Source of the DNA: Chrysomallon squamiferum
Lineage: Eukaryota; Animalia; Mollusca
Assembly (NCBI GenBank): GCA_012295275.1
Contig: CM022674.1
Span: forward strand, 7,874,001 to 7,938,000
DNA length: 64,000 nt
Direction: 5' to 3'
Positions within the stretch are counted from its first letter, which is position 1. Each line of letters opens with the position of its first letter. The translations under genes and the position numbers were made by a program. The notes beneath the pieces are model-generated. The model saw only the letters and a list, made by a program, of their open reading frames with translations, searched no databases and had not been told where the DNA came from. This document shows, piece after piece, positions 41,054-54,478 of this stretch.

Positions 41054-43988
41054 TTCATTAATTATAGTATTATGTTGAAAAATACCAAAGGGTCTTAACT
41101 GTATTTTCTTTTTTACTTAAACAAATTATAATAACATAATGGTATTAGAAGGAGAAAGAAATCTTTATCTCTTTCTTTGCTAAGTCATGTTAATCAGTAC
41201 AGATAAATATCAGTGATGTAAAATAGGAAAAAACACAGACTAAACTAATTTCAACAAGTATAATAAACCTCAAAAAATATTCCCCAGAAATGTAATTTGA
41301 ATATTGAACTATATTATTAGGATCACAGCTTCTGATTAAAACAAGAAAAAAATAATACTGAAATAAAAACTAAGTTGTTCTGTTTTTCAGAGATGAACTC
41401 AAATACATAAGGATCAGTTAGGTTTTTTTTACAAAGCTGCTTACAAACTGACAGATAATTAAGTCTGCCATTAGAAAAAGTTTATTGAATAATGTGTCTA
41501 GATGAAATAGCTTGATTAGATTTTTATTTTTTATTTTTTTCCTTTACTTTTTAATTTAACACATTCTTACTTTTTAACCCTGAGCAGTAAACTTCAGGTC
41601 ATTTTGCAGATGATGTTTATTACAAAGTGTCTAATTTTTAATTATTTCCCATTCTAACCTTCTAATACTTGCTTTTCTCTTTTTCTGTTAGTATCTGTCT
41701 TTTTTCCATCTTTCTATCGCTCTGTTTATCTGTCTGTCTGTCTGTATCTCTCACTTGTCTGTATTTATTATCAAAGAAAAATAATGTTTAAATGATGTGA
41801 AAATACAGCATCTGTAAAAAGTCCACTGTAACGAGCCACACCTGTAATTTGAGGATTGCGTGAGAAAAAGGAGATATTAATAATGTATCACTTTACTTAT
41901 TTGTCACAATTGATTGTCTCGTCTTCATACCAGGTGACCCAGCACTGTTAATCAAACCGTGCATACCATAACGGAATTTTACACCTGTATTAATTATTAA
42001 ATGATAAACTGATATTCTTCTGGGACTGACATTATTCTTTTTCCTTTTTTTTTTTCTCTTTTTTTTATTAGCAAATGCAATCAAAATTATTTATGGAATA
42101 GTTGAAAAGCTACATTTTTGCAGTAACATTTATAGAAAATTAAAATAATATTAAATAATTAAAGAACGCTATAATGATCATCATGTACCAGAAATAGAAA
42201 ACAAAATGAAGTTTTAATATCCTTCTTAGTAGAAAAGACTTCGTAGAATTTAGCTACACACATGTATTGGTTATAAGTGCATTTATTTAGTTTTTTTCTG
42301 TCATAGTTCATTATTTTAGTTTCTGTAACAGTATACATATACCAAACTTTTTTTTTTTTTTTTTTTATCCATTCATATAAATGCCAGTCTGTACCCACTG
42401 ATCCATCCATCCATCCATCCATCCATACATACACACACATGACATGCACTGTACACTCATAGTAGATCACCAAGCCAAATCATTTCAAAGACATTTTTTA
42501 TTAGCATTTTCTTTTAAATGTCATATATTGTTTGATTGGCTGAGTTATCATTTACTAATATTGTAACACACAATTCTATTGGTTTATTTATTTAGCATCT
42601 GCTGCATGCTGTTTCCTCTTTCTAATCATTGGTCTTTTCATTTTTATTAACTCCTTTTTTTTAAATATATTTATTTTTTTGCTTCTGCATTTAAATCTTA
42701 ATAAAAATTTTGAATTATGATTGTTATTATTATTATTATTGTTATTTTGAATTTACTAATTTTGTGTGTTTTTCATAGTGTTTGCAATCCAGTTTTCTTG
42801 GAAAGGTGTGATGTTTTCATCTTTTAACTACTTGTTTTCACTTTCAGATTGAATTTTTAATTTCTGTTGAAATCTTTTTGCTGAAATTCAGTTGGTAATC
42901 CTATATGCATTGATTCCTTTGTTAGAAAATAATAATAAAATGAAATTATAATTTGAAAAACAAAAAAATGAAATACAAACAATATTTTAGTTTTATTTAA
43001 ATTATTTCTTTCACAAGTATAATTTTCTATTTAAGAAATACATGTAGATTATCCAACTGAATTTTAGATGTGTGCAGTGTAGAATGTTATAGTGAAAATC
43101 TATAAATTAAATTAAACAAAACAAGTATAAATACTATGTGTAGATTTATTTTACATAAAGATTTGTATTTGGTACATTTTAACTGAGAAAATATTTTTAT
43201 GATGAAACATTTTGAAAATATTAAAGTTATGGATTTTTAATGAATGTTTAGATTTGATTTTGATGGTTTAAAAATATACAGGTAAATGGTTTATAAATAA
43301 CTTTCTATTAACATAGCATTCTACAAGTGCACTATTTCTATAATACAGGTATTAAAATAATAAAATGGAAGAAATACAAAATTTAATGACATTTCAGTTT
43401 GTTCATAATTCCATTTTGTTATTTTACAGTTATTTAATGTTATTAAAATTATTTTGAAAAACTCCATTTTAATAAGGCAATGCTGAAAATATTGTTAAAT
43501 AAAGGAAAATAACAGTTGTATATCAGAACAGCTTTAAAAATAGATAACTTTATTTTATTATTATATGCATAACAATAAGAAACGCATTATTTTTGTGTTT
43601 CATTAATTAGTTTGTCACACTCTACAGGGAATCAAAAAAAATGTTTGCCATTGTTATAACAGTTACTAACAACATAGGTAAAAATGAATTTAATATTAAG
43701 CTAATTTCAATTTCTTTTTATAAAATAATATAATGCTAACAAAATTTTGTCCTAATAATTTTTAGCAAGTCAGATCAGAAAGAATAAAAAATAATACAAA
43801 TAATTATTTGTAAAATGAATACATAACTATTAAGAATTGTGGGAAATTAAATAAAAAGTAACCTTAACAGATAATTAAATATTATTATTACTACTAGTAG
43901 TTCAAATTCTATAAATCTGCTATTTTAAATTTTCTATTATTATTATTATTATTATTATTTCTACTAGTAGTAGTTTAAATTTTCTATG

Positions 43989-44019
<31 letters not shown>

Positions 44020-44181
44020 GAGTCAAGTAAACAGCTACTTTAAAAATATCTTTTATTTTTTTTCGGCATTACCTTATTATCAATGTGATGTTTTTCTAAT
44101 GCTAATATTTTGCGCACTTGTTTTTGTTTTTTCAAACTACTTGTTCGTTGTAAGGTTCGCAGCTCCCTGTCTATATTCCAG

Positions 44182-44400
44182 ATCCCTGTGAGGGATTCCA
44201 CTCATGCAAATCCCCCGAAGTCTGCCAGTTAGACAAACAGCGCAGGCCCGTGTGTCGCTGCAATTTTGTTTGCTCTCAGGAATTAGAGCCCGTTTGTGGG
44301 ACAGACGGACGCACGTACAGCAACAGGTGTGTGATGCGTAGAGAGGCGTGCAAGGCTCGTAAGGAAATTGACGTGTTGTACCCCGGGCAGTGCAGTACAG
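44182..44400 (+). CDS. AGRN: Agrin exon, FS domain 3 (DPCEGFHSCKSPEVC...EPVCGTDGRTYSNRCVMRREAC...YPGQCST); missing from the + strand ORF track
   Basis: Acceptor ctatattccag|AT, donor G|gtatgt; 219 nt, phase 1-1; GC-rich island; 10 Cys. Confidence 0.93.
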
Positions 44401-45349
44401 GTATGTCAATCAGCTAGCCACGCCCATAGTACCCGCTTGTAGACATGCTGCTGTTGTACCTACTAACACTTGTTCATAAATCAAATTGCCCAATTTTTTT
44501 TTTTTTTTTTTTTTTTTTTTCCAAGATGATGATGATGGCATTCAGTTACTTTCCAAAAACCAAAAACAGTTAATTTTTTTCATAACCAAAATTTACCCTT
44601 TTTTTAATTAAAAGATTGAAAGAGTATGAAATGATGATGATGATGATGACTTTAATGATAACTTATAAACATGCAATTTTTCTAAAAAAGCAAAACAGTT
44701 AACTTTGCTCATAATAAAATTTATCTTTTTTTTGTTGAGAAAATGATGATGATGATGATGATGATGGTAATAATTATAATGATGGCCTTTAGCATGCAGT
44801 TTGTTTCCTAAAAGCAATCAATCGACTTTGTTCATAACTGAAATTCAGATGTTTTGATAAAAATGATGATAGTAATGATGATTATGTTCATGATGATAAT
44901 GATGATTATGATGTTGATAATGATGGCTTATAGCCAGGCAATTTCTTTCCAAGAAAATAAACCAATTAATTTTTATTCTTAAATAAAATTATAATGATAG
45001 TAACAGCTTGTAGATATGTAATTTCTTTCTTAAGCTTCAACCAGTGCATTGAAATTGCAGATAATGAAGATTATTATAATGATGCTTATAAAAAAAACAA
45101 TAAATTGACTTTCTTTATATGATAACGATGGCTTGTAGAGATGCAGTTTATCAATCTACAAAACTGGCTCTTTGACGTGATGATGATGTTGACGAGTCTG
45201 CTTTAAGGCACTGTGTTTTAATTATAATAATAAAACAACCCAGACTGCCCTACTTTTATCATAAAACTATGATGTGGATTTTGATGTTTTTCATTATGAA
45301 GTAATTTGTTTTATTACTATCAGCACAAACTTAGTCAAGCTGCTATGTC

Positions 45350-45385
<36 letters not shown>

Positions 45386-46131
45386 TTTGTTTATTTATTT
45401 GTTTATTTATTTATTTATATTTCACATTTCAAGGATAGCTGAACACCTTAAGCTTCCACTTTCTGTTGTTATTGTTGTTGTTGTTTTTGTTGTATACAGC
45501 ACTGTACAGATTTCCAAAGAGAAAAAAAGATTAAATGGAAAAAATAGGTGTAAAAGTAAACCACCTTTAGATAAATGGAATTTTAGGACCAAAAATATTT
45601 TATTTATTATTTAATTGCAATTTGGATCAATCATTTCCACACATGATGACTAATAATGTCTAATGAATTAAACTCTGAGACATGTACTGCTCTGCTAAAG
45701 AAAAGAATAACCATTAAGATGTTTTTATTGGATGAAATAAACATCCATATTGTTGTTTTTATTATTTTTTCCATGTAAAACAGTATGTCTGACTAAAAGT
45801 TAGTCAGAAATATTAGAGTAATTTCCTTTTGTGATGAGGATATAAAGAAAAGATACAAAATTTAAAAAAAAAGGTTTAATGCACTTTGCTTGTTGAAAGA
45901 AACATGCACACATACATGCACAAACAACCATAAACAGAATACACACAGATATATACAGACACACGTAGATGTATTTATGCATTTCCAAATACATGCAAAA
46001 ACATATACAAACATGAATTCACATGTCCAGTCTTAGAATTACCTAGAATTTATATATTTTTGTCATTATATATATATTATTATTACTGCTTTTATTTTTA
46101 TTATATTTATCATTATCATTAATATCATCAA

Positions 46132-46162
<31 letters not shown>

Positions 46163-46658
46163 ATTATTATTATTATATTAAAAATTATATCTAATTAAAT
46201 ATTGTATTGCAGTTATTTAGATATTAACTAATTAAAATTGATTTAATTTTATGAAAGAATAACAACATGACAGTTTGTCATATAATGTGGCATGAGTTAA
46301 GATGACATATGTATGACACACATGTGACACGTTACCTAATTCTGACATCCATTTTCCTGCCACCAGGATTTATATTCCGAGGAACTGTACAAGATGAATA
46401 TAATCGCTATGGTAACCTTGGTGTTTAAGCAATAACTTTTTTCATCTGTTAATTTGATTTCTTTTAAAACACCTTTCTCCACATTGTCTAAGTATTTTTG
46501 TTCACCACATACCTATTTAATGTTTTGTTTTACAATGGATGGGTTCAGATTTGGAACATAAAAAATAGTTTTATTTCTGTTATAAAAATTTGTTATAATT
46601 TTATCTTTTGTGGTATTTTTCTGTTTTGTTATTTTGAAAATAAGATGTTTATCTTTAC

Positions 46659-46711
<53 letters not shown>

Positions 46712-48158
46712 TATTCAGTTAGTTATTATTTCTTACTTAATTTTTGCTAGTTTGTTGCAGTAATTTTCTTTATCAGAATACTGAAGTTTATCTTTTTTAA
46801 ATATTGGAATTTTATATTACTATAAAATGTAAATATTTATATTTAATAACTGTTTTAATGTTTATCATTATAAAAATGTGAAGTATTAAAAAATAAATGA
46901 TGATTATCTTTATTGTGAGGTAAGCATTTAATAAAATAATCTACTTAAAACCCATTAAATTTATTTATTAAATTTGTCTTTATTTTTCTATTAATTTTTT
47001 TTATTTTATTACAATGTTATGTATGTTTTTCTTTTTAATATTAATTTTCTTTCTATGTATTATTTGTTAATATATTTCAAACATAAAATTAATCATCAAA
47101 GTTAGTTTGTCTGAACCCATTCGTGTCCTCATAGTTGAATTTTTTTATTTATTTATTATCACAAGACTTCAGCAATCCACTGATAGCTAGTATCAGAGCA
47201 GCCATCTTGAGTGAAAGTAATGTCATGGAGTTATCTCCCTTCTTGAAACTGCCTAAATTTAATTGATGGGGCATTTTCATGAAGAGAGGATCCCATGAAT
47301 CATGTCGGTGGATTTCTTCACAGTTTTTACTTGACTCACTGTCAGCTTTTGCTTCACTCTGTAATTAATGTTTTATAGAAACCAGCAACATAAACATTAC
47401 AAAGCAGTCATGTACTGTATTTCATATTACATGTATTAATATAATGACCTCATGTATAGTTTGAAAGTAATTATGTTTTAAATTTTAAATAACAGCTAAT
47501 TCTGATATTGTTTTTCATTTTTCTAATATATTTGTTTTAAATATATATTTTTTAATGTTAATTTTCAGTAAGTCATTATTATTTTCTTATGTATTTATTA
47601 TTGTTACTTATTATTATTACTACTTCTACTACCACTCTTATTATTATTATCATTTTAAAGCAGAATTGTGAAATTTTATGGAAGACAAGCAACTTACAAT
47701 CATCTTTATTCCTATTTTCCCTGTTACCATTACAAACAATTTTCACATCTCCAGTAAATAAAAAGCTTCATTTTGAGTGAAACAACATCTTTACCATACT
47801 GCCAGCTGTTGACTATGTTATAGACAGTCAGTGTGTGTTGATATTGTAATTGTGTCTAGTAGTTTAGGCAGTAGTATCTTCATCCTCACTGATGACTGTA
47901 AGCCGTTTTTGTCACATTTCAGTGTCTGCCACTTTGGATTATTCAGATTTTTCTGAAATTAAATTATGTTATAGTGCAGATATTTATTTCTCAGTTTTAG
48001 ACATAGTTAGCTGTAATATTTTCTACAAGACCAGTGGATTCAATATTTATACATTATCTGTCAAAAGAATCAAATTAGAACTATTCATTATTCAAAATTT
48101 ATAAGCAAAGGAATGTAAAAGGAATCAAACTGTTTTAACAACAATAGTATTTATTTCA

Positions 48159-48189
<31 letters not shown>

Positions 48190-48979
48190 TATTATTGTCA
48201 TTTATTATTACTCTGTTTTTCTGTTGTGATTCAAGTGACATTTATAATGACAAAATTTGGCTTCATTTTTGTCATCAAAATTTATATCACTTTAATTTTA
48301 AATAATGGTATTAAACCATATCTTATATGTGTTAATGAAATTGAATGTAATAATGTTTATCTTATCTTATTTATTTTATTAATTTAGACATTCTATTTAA
48401 TAATGGAAAACCAATTATAAGAATGAATTCAGCTGATGACAAAAACTGTATATGTAGCTAGTTGTTGTGATAACAGTATAAATGCTTGCATTAGTTCAAA
48501 GTCCTTGTACTGTATCCTGTAATCATACCATTTAGAAAAGCTTTTGTGTTTATATTTGTATATATATTTGTGAATAAAAAAAAATATGGAAAAATTTGAA
48601 AAGAGTAATTTAATGTATAATATCTCCAGTTAAATCATAAGAATTCAAATTGTCTTCATTAATATTTAGAAAACTAATTCTATCAGATTATATATATAAT
48701 TGTCAAACCAGCTGAAAAATAAAATTCTGATATATTGTGTTGTGCACTGGAAATTAATAAAAATTGTATTAATATTATAAAATTAATACTGTTGAGAATG
48801 TAAAAATGCTGTATAAGCTGTTAATTAGAAAAATAGTAATCTTGGAATCTTTATTTCAAAACATTTAAAGAATGAAAATTGGTTATTCTGACAAATTCTG
48901 GAAATTAGCACTTAAAACGTTATAATAAATTTTTGAAATTAAATTACTTAACTTTTTCTATACATAATTTTTTCTTTTA

Positions 48980-49175
48980 TGGTCCATATTATATTATTTC
49001 AGATATTCAGTAGAGTTATTTCCCATGCTAAGATAATTTTCATGCCTGGGAGGTAGAAATTTCCTCTTCATTTCCTGTGACAATGCAGAGGAGTATAAAC
49101 ACCTGTCAAACATGATGGTAGGGGAAATAACTCTAACAGAATAGTTATTGAGATACCAAAAATATGGATCAGAAG
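48980..49175. mobile_element. Degenerate inverted-repeat (MITE/foldback-like) element
   Basis: TAGAGTTATTTCCC (49011-49024) is the reverse complement of GGGAAATAACTCTA (49122-49135); outer arms ggtccatatt / aatatggatc. Confidence 0.5.
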
Positions 49176-50314
49176 ATAGTTACCTTATATGAGTTAATTT
49201 ATAACAAAATAGATTACATAATTTATATTGTAACATTTATTTCAGTTAATAATATTACCATTTTAATAATTTAACTATTCCAAAAGTAACACGTAATCTG
49301 ATTGGCTAATAGTTTTGGTTCTGTATATATTTTATTTCAGCATGTTAAAAATAATTTTAATTATTTATATATTTTTATTATCTTTATTTAAAAAAGATTT
49401 GATTTATGCCTTTATATTTTATTTTATATGTCTCTTGGTGATATTTGTTGTTTTGTTTATTGCATGAAAAACAGGGTATCTACTTTGTCATTATTATTTC
49501 CTACTTGTTAACAAGCATTAATTAAAACACATTTTATTCAAAACAAATTTATATACTAACAGTTGAGGATTGGCAGATAAAACAACTTCATTATTGTTAT
49601 CACTTATAAAAAACATGGCTTCTGTGCTACATGCCCTAATGGTAATACTCTTATAGTGCAGTTTACAGCTGTTTAAGTGTAAAAAAATATAAAATGTTTG
49701 CTGGAAGTTGCTTTTGTAATGTGTAGGTTTTGTATGTAAAGTCAGTGAAGTTATTCTGTTTTTTGTTTTTGTATATTAATATTTTTATTTATTTATTTAT
49801 ATTGTATGTATATTTATAATGTAGATCTTTTAGTGAAAGTATAATAATGAGGATAAGATAATCTATAAAGACCAAATCCTTTGATATTTGTTATCTTAGT
49901 AAATTTTCTGCTCCAAAACAAACATGAAATTATGTTTCATCCAAAACCTGTGTAATAATTTTTATCTTTTTATTGATACTTGAACTCATTAACAATAGAT
50001 ATTTAAAATAAATAAATAAATTATTTGAACTAGAATGCAAATATTATTTGTATTTCCAGTCAGTGATTGGCTTAATAACTGAATTTTGTTCTTTACATTT
50101 CATTTGAAAACTCTAACATCAGCATATCACTGAAGTTTTATTTCTTTATCTTCTAGATGTAATAATTTTCATTATAAAAAATAAACACGTTTATTATATT
50201 CTATTATGCAGGTAAGTATGAATGAAAATACAGAAATAACCGTCCATTTTTTCCAAACTGAATTCACACACCATCCATTTATAATGAAAATCATTTTATC
50301 CAATCAAATTTCAG

Positions 50315-50530
50315 GATCAAACCCATGTGACAAAATTCGCTGCGGGCCTGAAGAAGAGTGCAGTATTGACAGAAATGGAGAAGCTTCCTGTATTTGCCCC
50401 CCACCGTGTGAGCCGATCATGCGACCTGTGTGTGGAAACAACAGCCAGACGTACGACAACGAGTGTGACTTGAGACATCAGTCCTGTCTAGCCAAAGTTT
50501 ACGTGACTGTCGCTCACACTGGACCCTGTG
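50315..50530 (+). CDS. AGRN: Agrin exon, FS domain 4 (GSNPCDKIRCGPEEEC...PVCGNNSQTYDNEC...HTGPC)
   Basis: tttcag|GA ... G|gtatgt; 216 nt, phase 1-1. Confidence 0.93.
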
Positions 50531-50661
50531 GTATGTGATCCTAATTTTATCTGTGACCATCTCTTATCTTTTCATTCATTATGTGACATTTTAGTGTGTC
50601 ATTATTTCATACACTTTTCAAAAATATTTTCTTATCCGTAAAATAAATTTATATTTATCAA

Positions 50662-50747
<86 letters not shown>

Positions 50748-50921
50748 TCTCCCCCTCCCCCTCCCTCTCTACTCCTCCCTCTCGCCCCCTCCCTCTCTAC
50801 CCCTTCCTCCCTCCCAGTGTCACCTATAAATATAAATATTTCTTCCTGTCATCTTTCCAGTTCTCAACGGTTATATGTAAATTTCTTAGATTTCATCTTA
50901 AACTCTCATCTCCTATACTAG

Positions 50922-51031
50922 GTGCAGATGTTCCTTGTAAAGACTACAAATGCAGTCATCATGCTATCTGTGTTCCTCGAGATGGCAGACCAACTTGCCG
51001 ATGTCCAACGTGTTCTGAAGAATATAAACCT
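50922..51031 (+). CDS. AGRN: Agrin exon, FS5 N-half (GADVPCKDYKCSHHAICVPRDGRPTCRCPTCSEEYKP)
   Basis: tag|GT ... CCT|gtgagt; 110 nt, phase 1-0. An in-frame alternative AG lies 6 nt downstream. Confidence 0.88.
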
Positions 51032-51215
51032 GTGAGTAGTAGTAACTGTGTCATTATACACAGAGTTAAAACTGGTGATAGTTACAAAATGTTAGCCACT
51101 GATGTAACATCATGAAAGCTGTCACAACAAATAATTTTTATATAATAAAATTACAATCAGAATACTAATGTTTGTGTAATTTTATGTTATGTTTTATTTA
51201 TTAATGGTTTTTCAG

Positions 51216-51318
51216 GTGTGTGGTGAAAATGGAATTACTTATGAAAATGAATGCAAACTGCGACAGGAAAATTGTCAGAGGAAAGCCAATGTGAAAATAA
51301 AACATAAGGGAACATGCA
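51216..51318 (+). CDS. AGRN: Agrin exon, FS5 Kazal half (VCGENGITYENECKLRQENCQRKANVKIKHKGTC)
   Basis: tttttcag|GTG ... A|gtaagt; 103 nt, phase 0-1. Confidence 0.92.
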
Positions 51319-51643
51319 GTAAGTATTGCAGTTAATGAATGTTAGTTTATTTTTAAATAATGATATATAGGCCAAGAAACTAAACCTTTTCTGAATTTTG
51401 TATATGGCTGAGATCTTGCTTTATAATTTACTATCTATCCTGAAATATCAGAATCTTAAAATAATAATAGCAATAACAACAACATTAATGACAACAACAT
51501 CAGTAATAATAATAATGATAATAGTTATGCAGTATACACAACCATACCCATGCATACATTTTTCTAATTTTTCTTTTTATCTGAGTGACAATGTGTAAAA
51601 TATTATTTGTGTTATTTAGCACTAACTGACTGTTTTGTTGCAG

Positions 51644-51735
51644 ATCGGTGTGAAAATGTGAACTGTGAGTTTTACTCAGTCTGTGAAAGTGATGGAACTC
51701 GCACTGAGTGTGTTTGCCCTGACGACTGTGTTGAT
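51644..51735 (+). CDS. AGRN: Agrin exon, FS6 N-half (NRCENVNCEFYSVCESDGTRTECVCPDDCVD)
   Basis: ACTAAC branch at 51621, ttgcag|AT ... GAT|gtaagt; 92 nt, phase 1-0. Confidence 0.9.
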
Positions 51736-51966
51736 GTAAGTTTTATCACACTAAATGTTTGAATATCTTCATTAAGTTTAAAACTCTTTCTTTTCTTCTC
51801 TGGGACTAGAGTTAACTACAACAATATTGTATTTATACCAGCCATTTTATTTATTTATATATATATATATATGTAAATATGTGTGTGTGTGTGTGTGTGT
51901 GTGTGAGTGAGTGAGTGAGTGATTGTGTGTGTGTGTGTGTGAGTGAGTGAGTGTGTGTGTGTGTGT

Positions 51967-52025
<59 letters not shown>

Positions 52026-52916
52026 GTTTTTATCTATTTAGTTTGACTGCTAAAATTCATTATTGCATAATATAAATTCAGAAACCTACATTAGAAGACC
52101 AGTGCAAAAACAGAAAAACATTAGCCAAAACAGAAAATAAAATTATCTCTCTATCTCTGTGTGTGTGCGTGCATGCATGTTTGAAAAAGGTGAGTGTTTG
52201 GGTTGAAAATAAACAGTGAAAAAACAACAAAAAAGAGAAGATTTTCACTGTCTGAGATTTAATTTCTTGAAGATTTGAAGCACTCTTAATTCATCACTCT
52301 GTTTTATTGATTTTCCCAAATCTCCCACTGCTTGGAGATTTCAGGAAGATTTCAAATTTAATCACTGATCTAATATCCTTGAAGAGTGAATCTGAATTTT
52401 AATAATGCTCTCAGATAACCGAATTTTCTTACAAGCAAAACTGACTGGTTTTAAGAGTTTTAATCATTTTGTTTTTGCTTGTTCACACTGGTAGGGTAAG
52501 AGCAGTGGATAGGTATTACAGTAATAATCACTTTTCTTGTATTTATTTCAGTGCAGCACATACCATAATATTTACAAATTGCTGAAATTCTCTCAATTAG
52601 TTTTCCACTCATGTAGGTTTTAGAAGAAATTGCCATATTTAAGCATTTCAAAAAGGGATCTTTTATGTGCAGTTTCCTATTAACAAGTACATTGTCTAGA
52701 AAAAGCTAAATGCATATGGGTGGATAAATTTAAAAAAAACAACAACTAAAAAACAAAAATACAAAAAAATACATATGATATAAACTATGGTTTAGATTAT
52801 TGTTTTAAAACAAAAATAATAATAATAATAAAAAATAATTAAAAAATTATAAAACATATTTATAAGAATGTTATTGCTCTTGTAATATTGTTATTTTGTT
52901 TCACTCACTAACACAG

Positions 52917-53031
52917 GTGGATGCGAAGGTGTGTGGCAGTGATGGAAGAACCTATCTAAATGAATGTGAACTCAAAGTTGCAGCATGCAGAGACAAGAAG
53001 TTTATATCTATAGTCTCCATTGGAGACTGTG
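52917..53031 (+). CDS. AGRN: Agrin exon, FS6 Kazal half ([38 protein letters not shown])
   Basis: acacag|GTG ... G|gtatgt; 115 nt, phase 0-1. Confidence 0.92.
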
Positions 53032-53419
53032 GTATGTGACAGCTGAAATATTCAGTATATTTTAATTAGTCAACATGTGTGACAGTTATAATACTTATTA
53101 GATTATTGCTTAGATCAAATAATGACACAACTGTAGTAACAATGTTTCATACTGTGTTTCTCTTTTAACAGTATTTCATTCTGGTATTAATAAATATTCT
53201 GTGGATAGTATGTATGTACTTCAGTTACAATTGGTATGAGTCAATGTTTTTTAATAGCTAAAAATAACTTCAGTAAGGATAATAATAATAATTTGTGTGT
53301 GGGTGCTAGTTGTGTGTGTGTGCCTGTCTGCTTGTCTGTCTGTAAACATTATTATTATTGTTGTTATACCAAATCTATTTTAAACTTGGGACATGTTCTT
53401 TTTATTCTACACATCTCAG

Positions 53420-53647
53420 ACCTGTGTGCAGACAAGGTGTGTAAGTATGGAGCAAAGTGTGAACATGGAACCTGTCTCTGTCCTATCCTCTGCCCCACAG
53501 TCCATGAGCCCATCTGTGCCAGCGACGGCCACACCTACTCCAACGAGTGTGAGATGCGACGCACGTCGTGTTCCAGGCAGACAGACCTCTACGTTGTACG
53601 CAGTGGCGAGTGTGAAGGAGACAGCCTTGGGGGATCTGGTTCAGGAG
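53420..53647 (+). CDS. AGRN: Agrin exon, FS domain 7 plus GGSGSG glycosaminoglycan-attachment linker
   Basis: ctcag|AC ... G|gtaaaa; 228 nt, phase 1-1; ICASDGHTYSNEC. Confidence 0.93.
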
Positions 53648-54354
53648 GTAAAACAGTGTTGTGGTCACTCTAGTTCTGTATTGTGTTAGTTCAGTGTTCA
53701 CTCTAGTTCTGTGTTCTGTTAGTTCAAACCACCAGTACTGTGTTTCACATCTCATATACCCTTTTAGTTCAAACCATATATATATAGCGTTAGTTCAAAG
53801 TTTGTTCTTCTGATGTGAATTATCATATTTTCTATTCTCCAACTGTGTTGTTAGTTATATGTTGTATTCCTTTCAATCACTGTTATATCTTTATTGTGAA
53901 TTGCAGTTACTTTTTTTTTATATTGTGTACTGTCAAACCAGTTTTAATATGCACCTTGATTTAGTATGTATTACCCTATAAGTCTTTTTTCTTCATTTAA
54001 ATACATACATGTAATTTTCTCTCACTTTTAATCTTTGTTTTGTTTTTACTGTTTTTTGGTTTCTTTTATTTAATTTCATTTTGTTATACTTTATTTTATA
54101 ATTAATTTTCTTAAGAAAATTACCATGTTTAAAAATGATTAGGAACAAAACAAATTAAACTCTTGATGGAACAAACAATTACTATTTTCCATGTTAACAG
54201 CAGTTAATTATTTTTCTATCAAAATCATTATTCACATACTTGGAATATATCTTTATGTGGAAAATAGTTTTTTCATTTGTTTCATCAACGACACTGTGCT
54301 AAAGACAAGTTGAAATGTTGTTGTTGGCATGCACTGTGAAAGAGCTATTTTTAG

Positions 54355-54478
54355 ATGAATTTAGTGGTGATACCATGGAGACGTGTGATGAAACCACCTG
54401 TAAATTTGGAGGGACGTGCGTAGTGGACAGTGACGACAGATACAGGTGTGAATGTAACTTCAACTGTGCTGCAGTCAG
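54355..54478 (+). CDS. AGRN: Agrin exon, acidic SG linker plus FS8 N-half (DEFSGDTMETCDETTCKFGGTC...CECNFNCAAVR)
   Basis: tttttag|AT ... AG|gtacgt; 124 nt, phase 1-2. Confidence 0.9.

Noticed and set aside
44137-44409. Minus-strand ORFs over exons (44137, 19600, 28870, 53483, 61582)
   Set aside because: Antisense shadows of GC-richer agrin exons; the plus-strand frames carry the conserved Cys patterns and splice sites.
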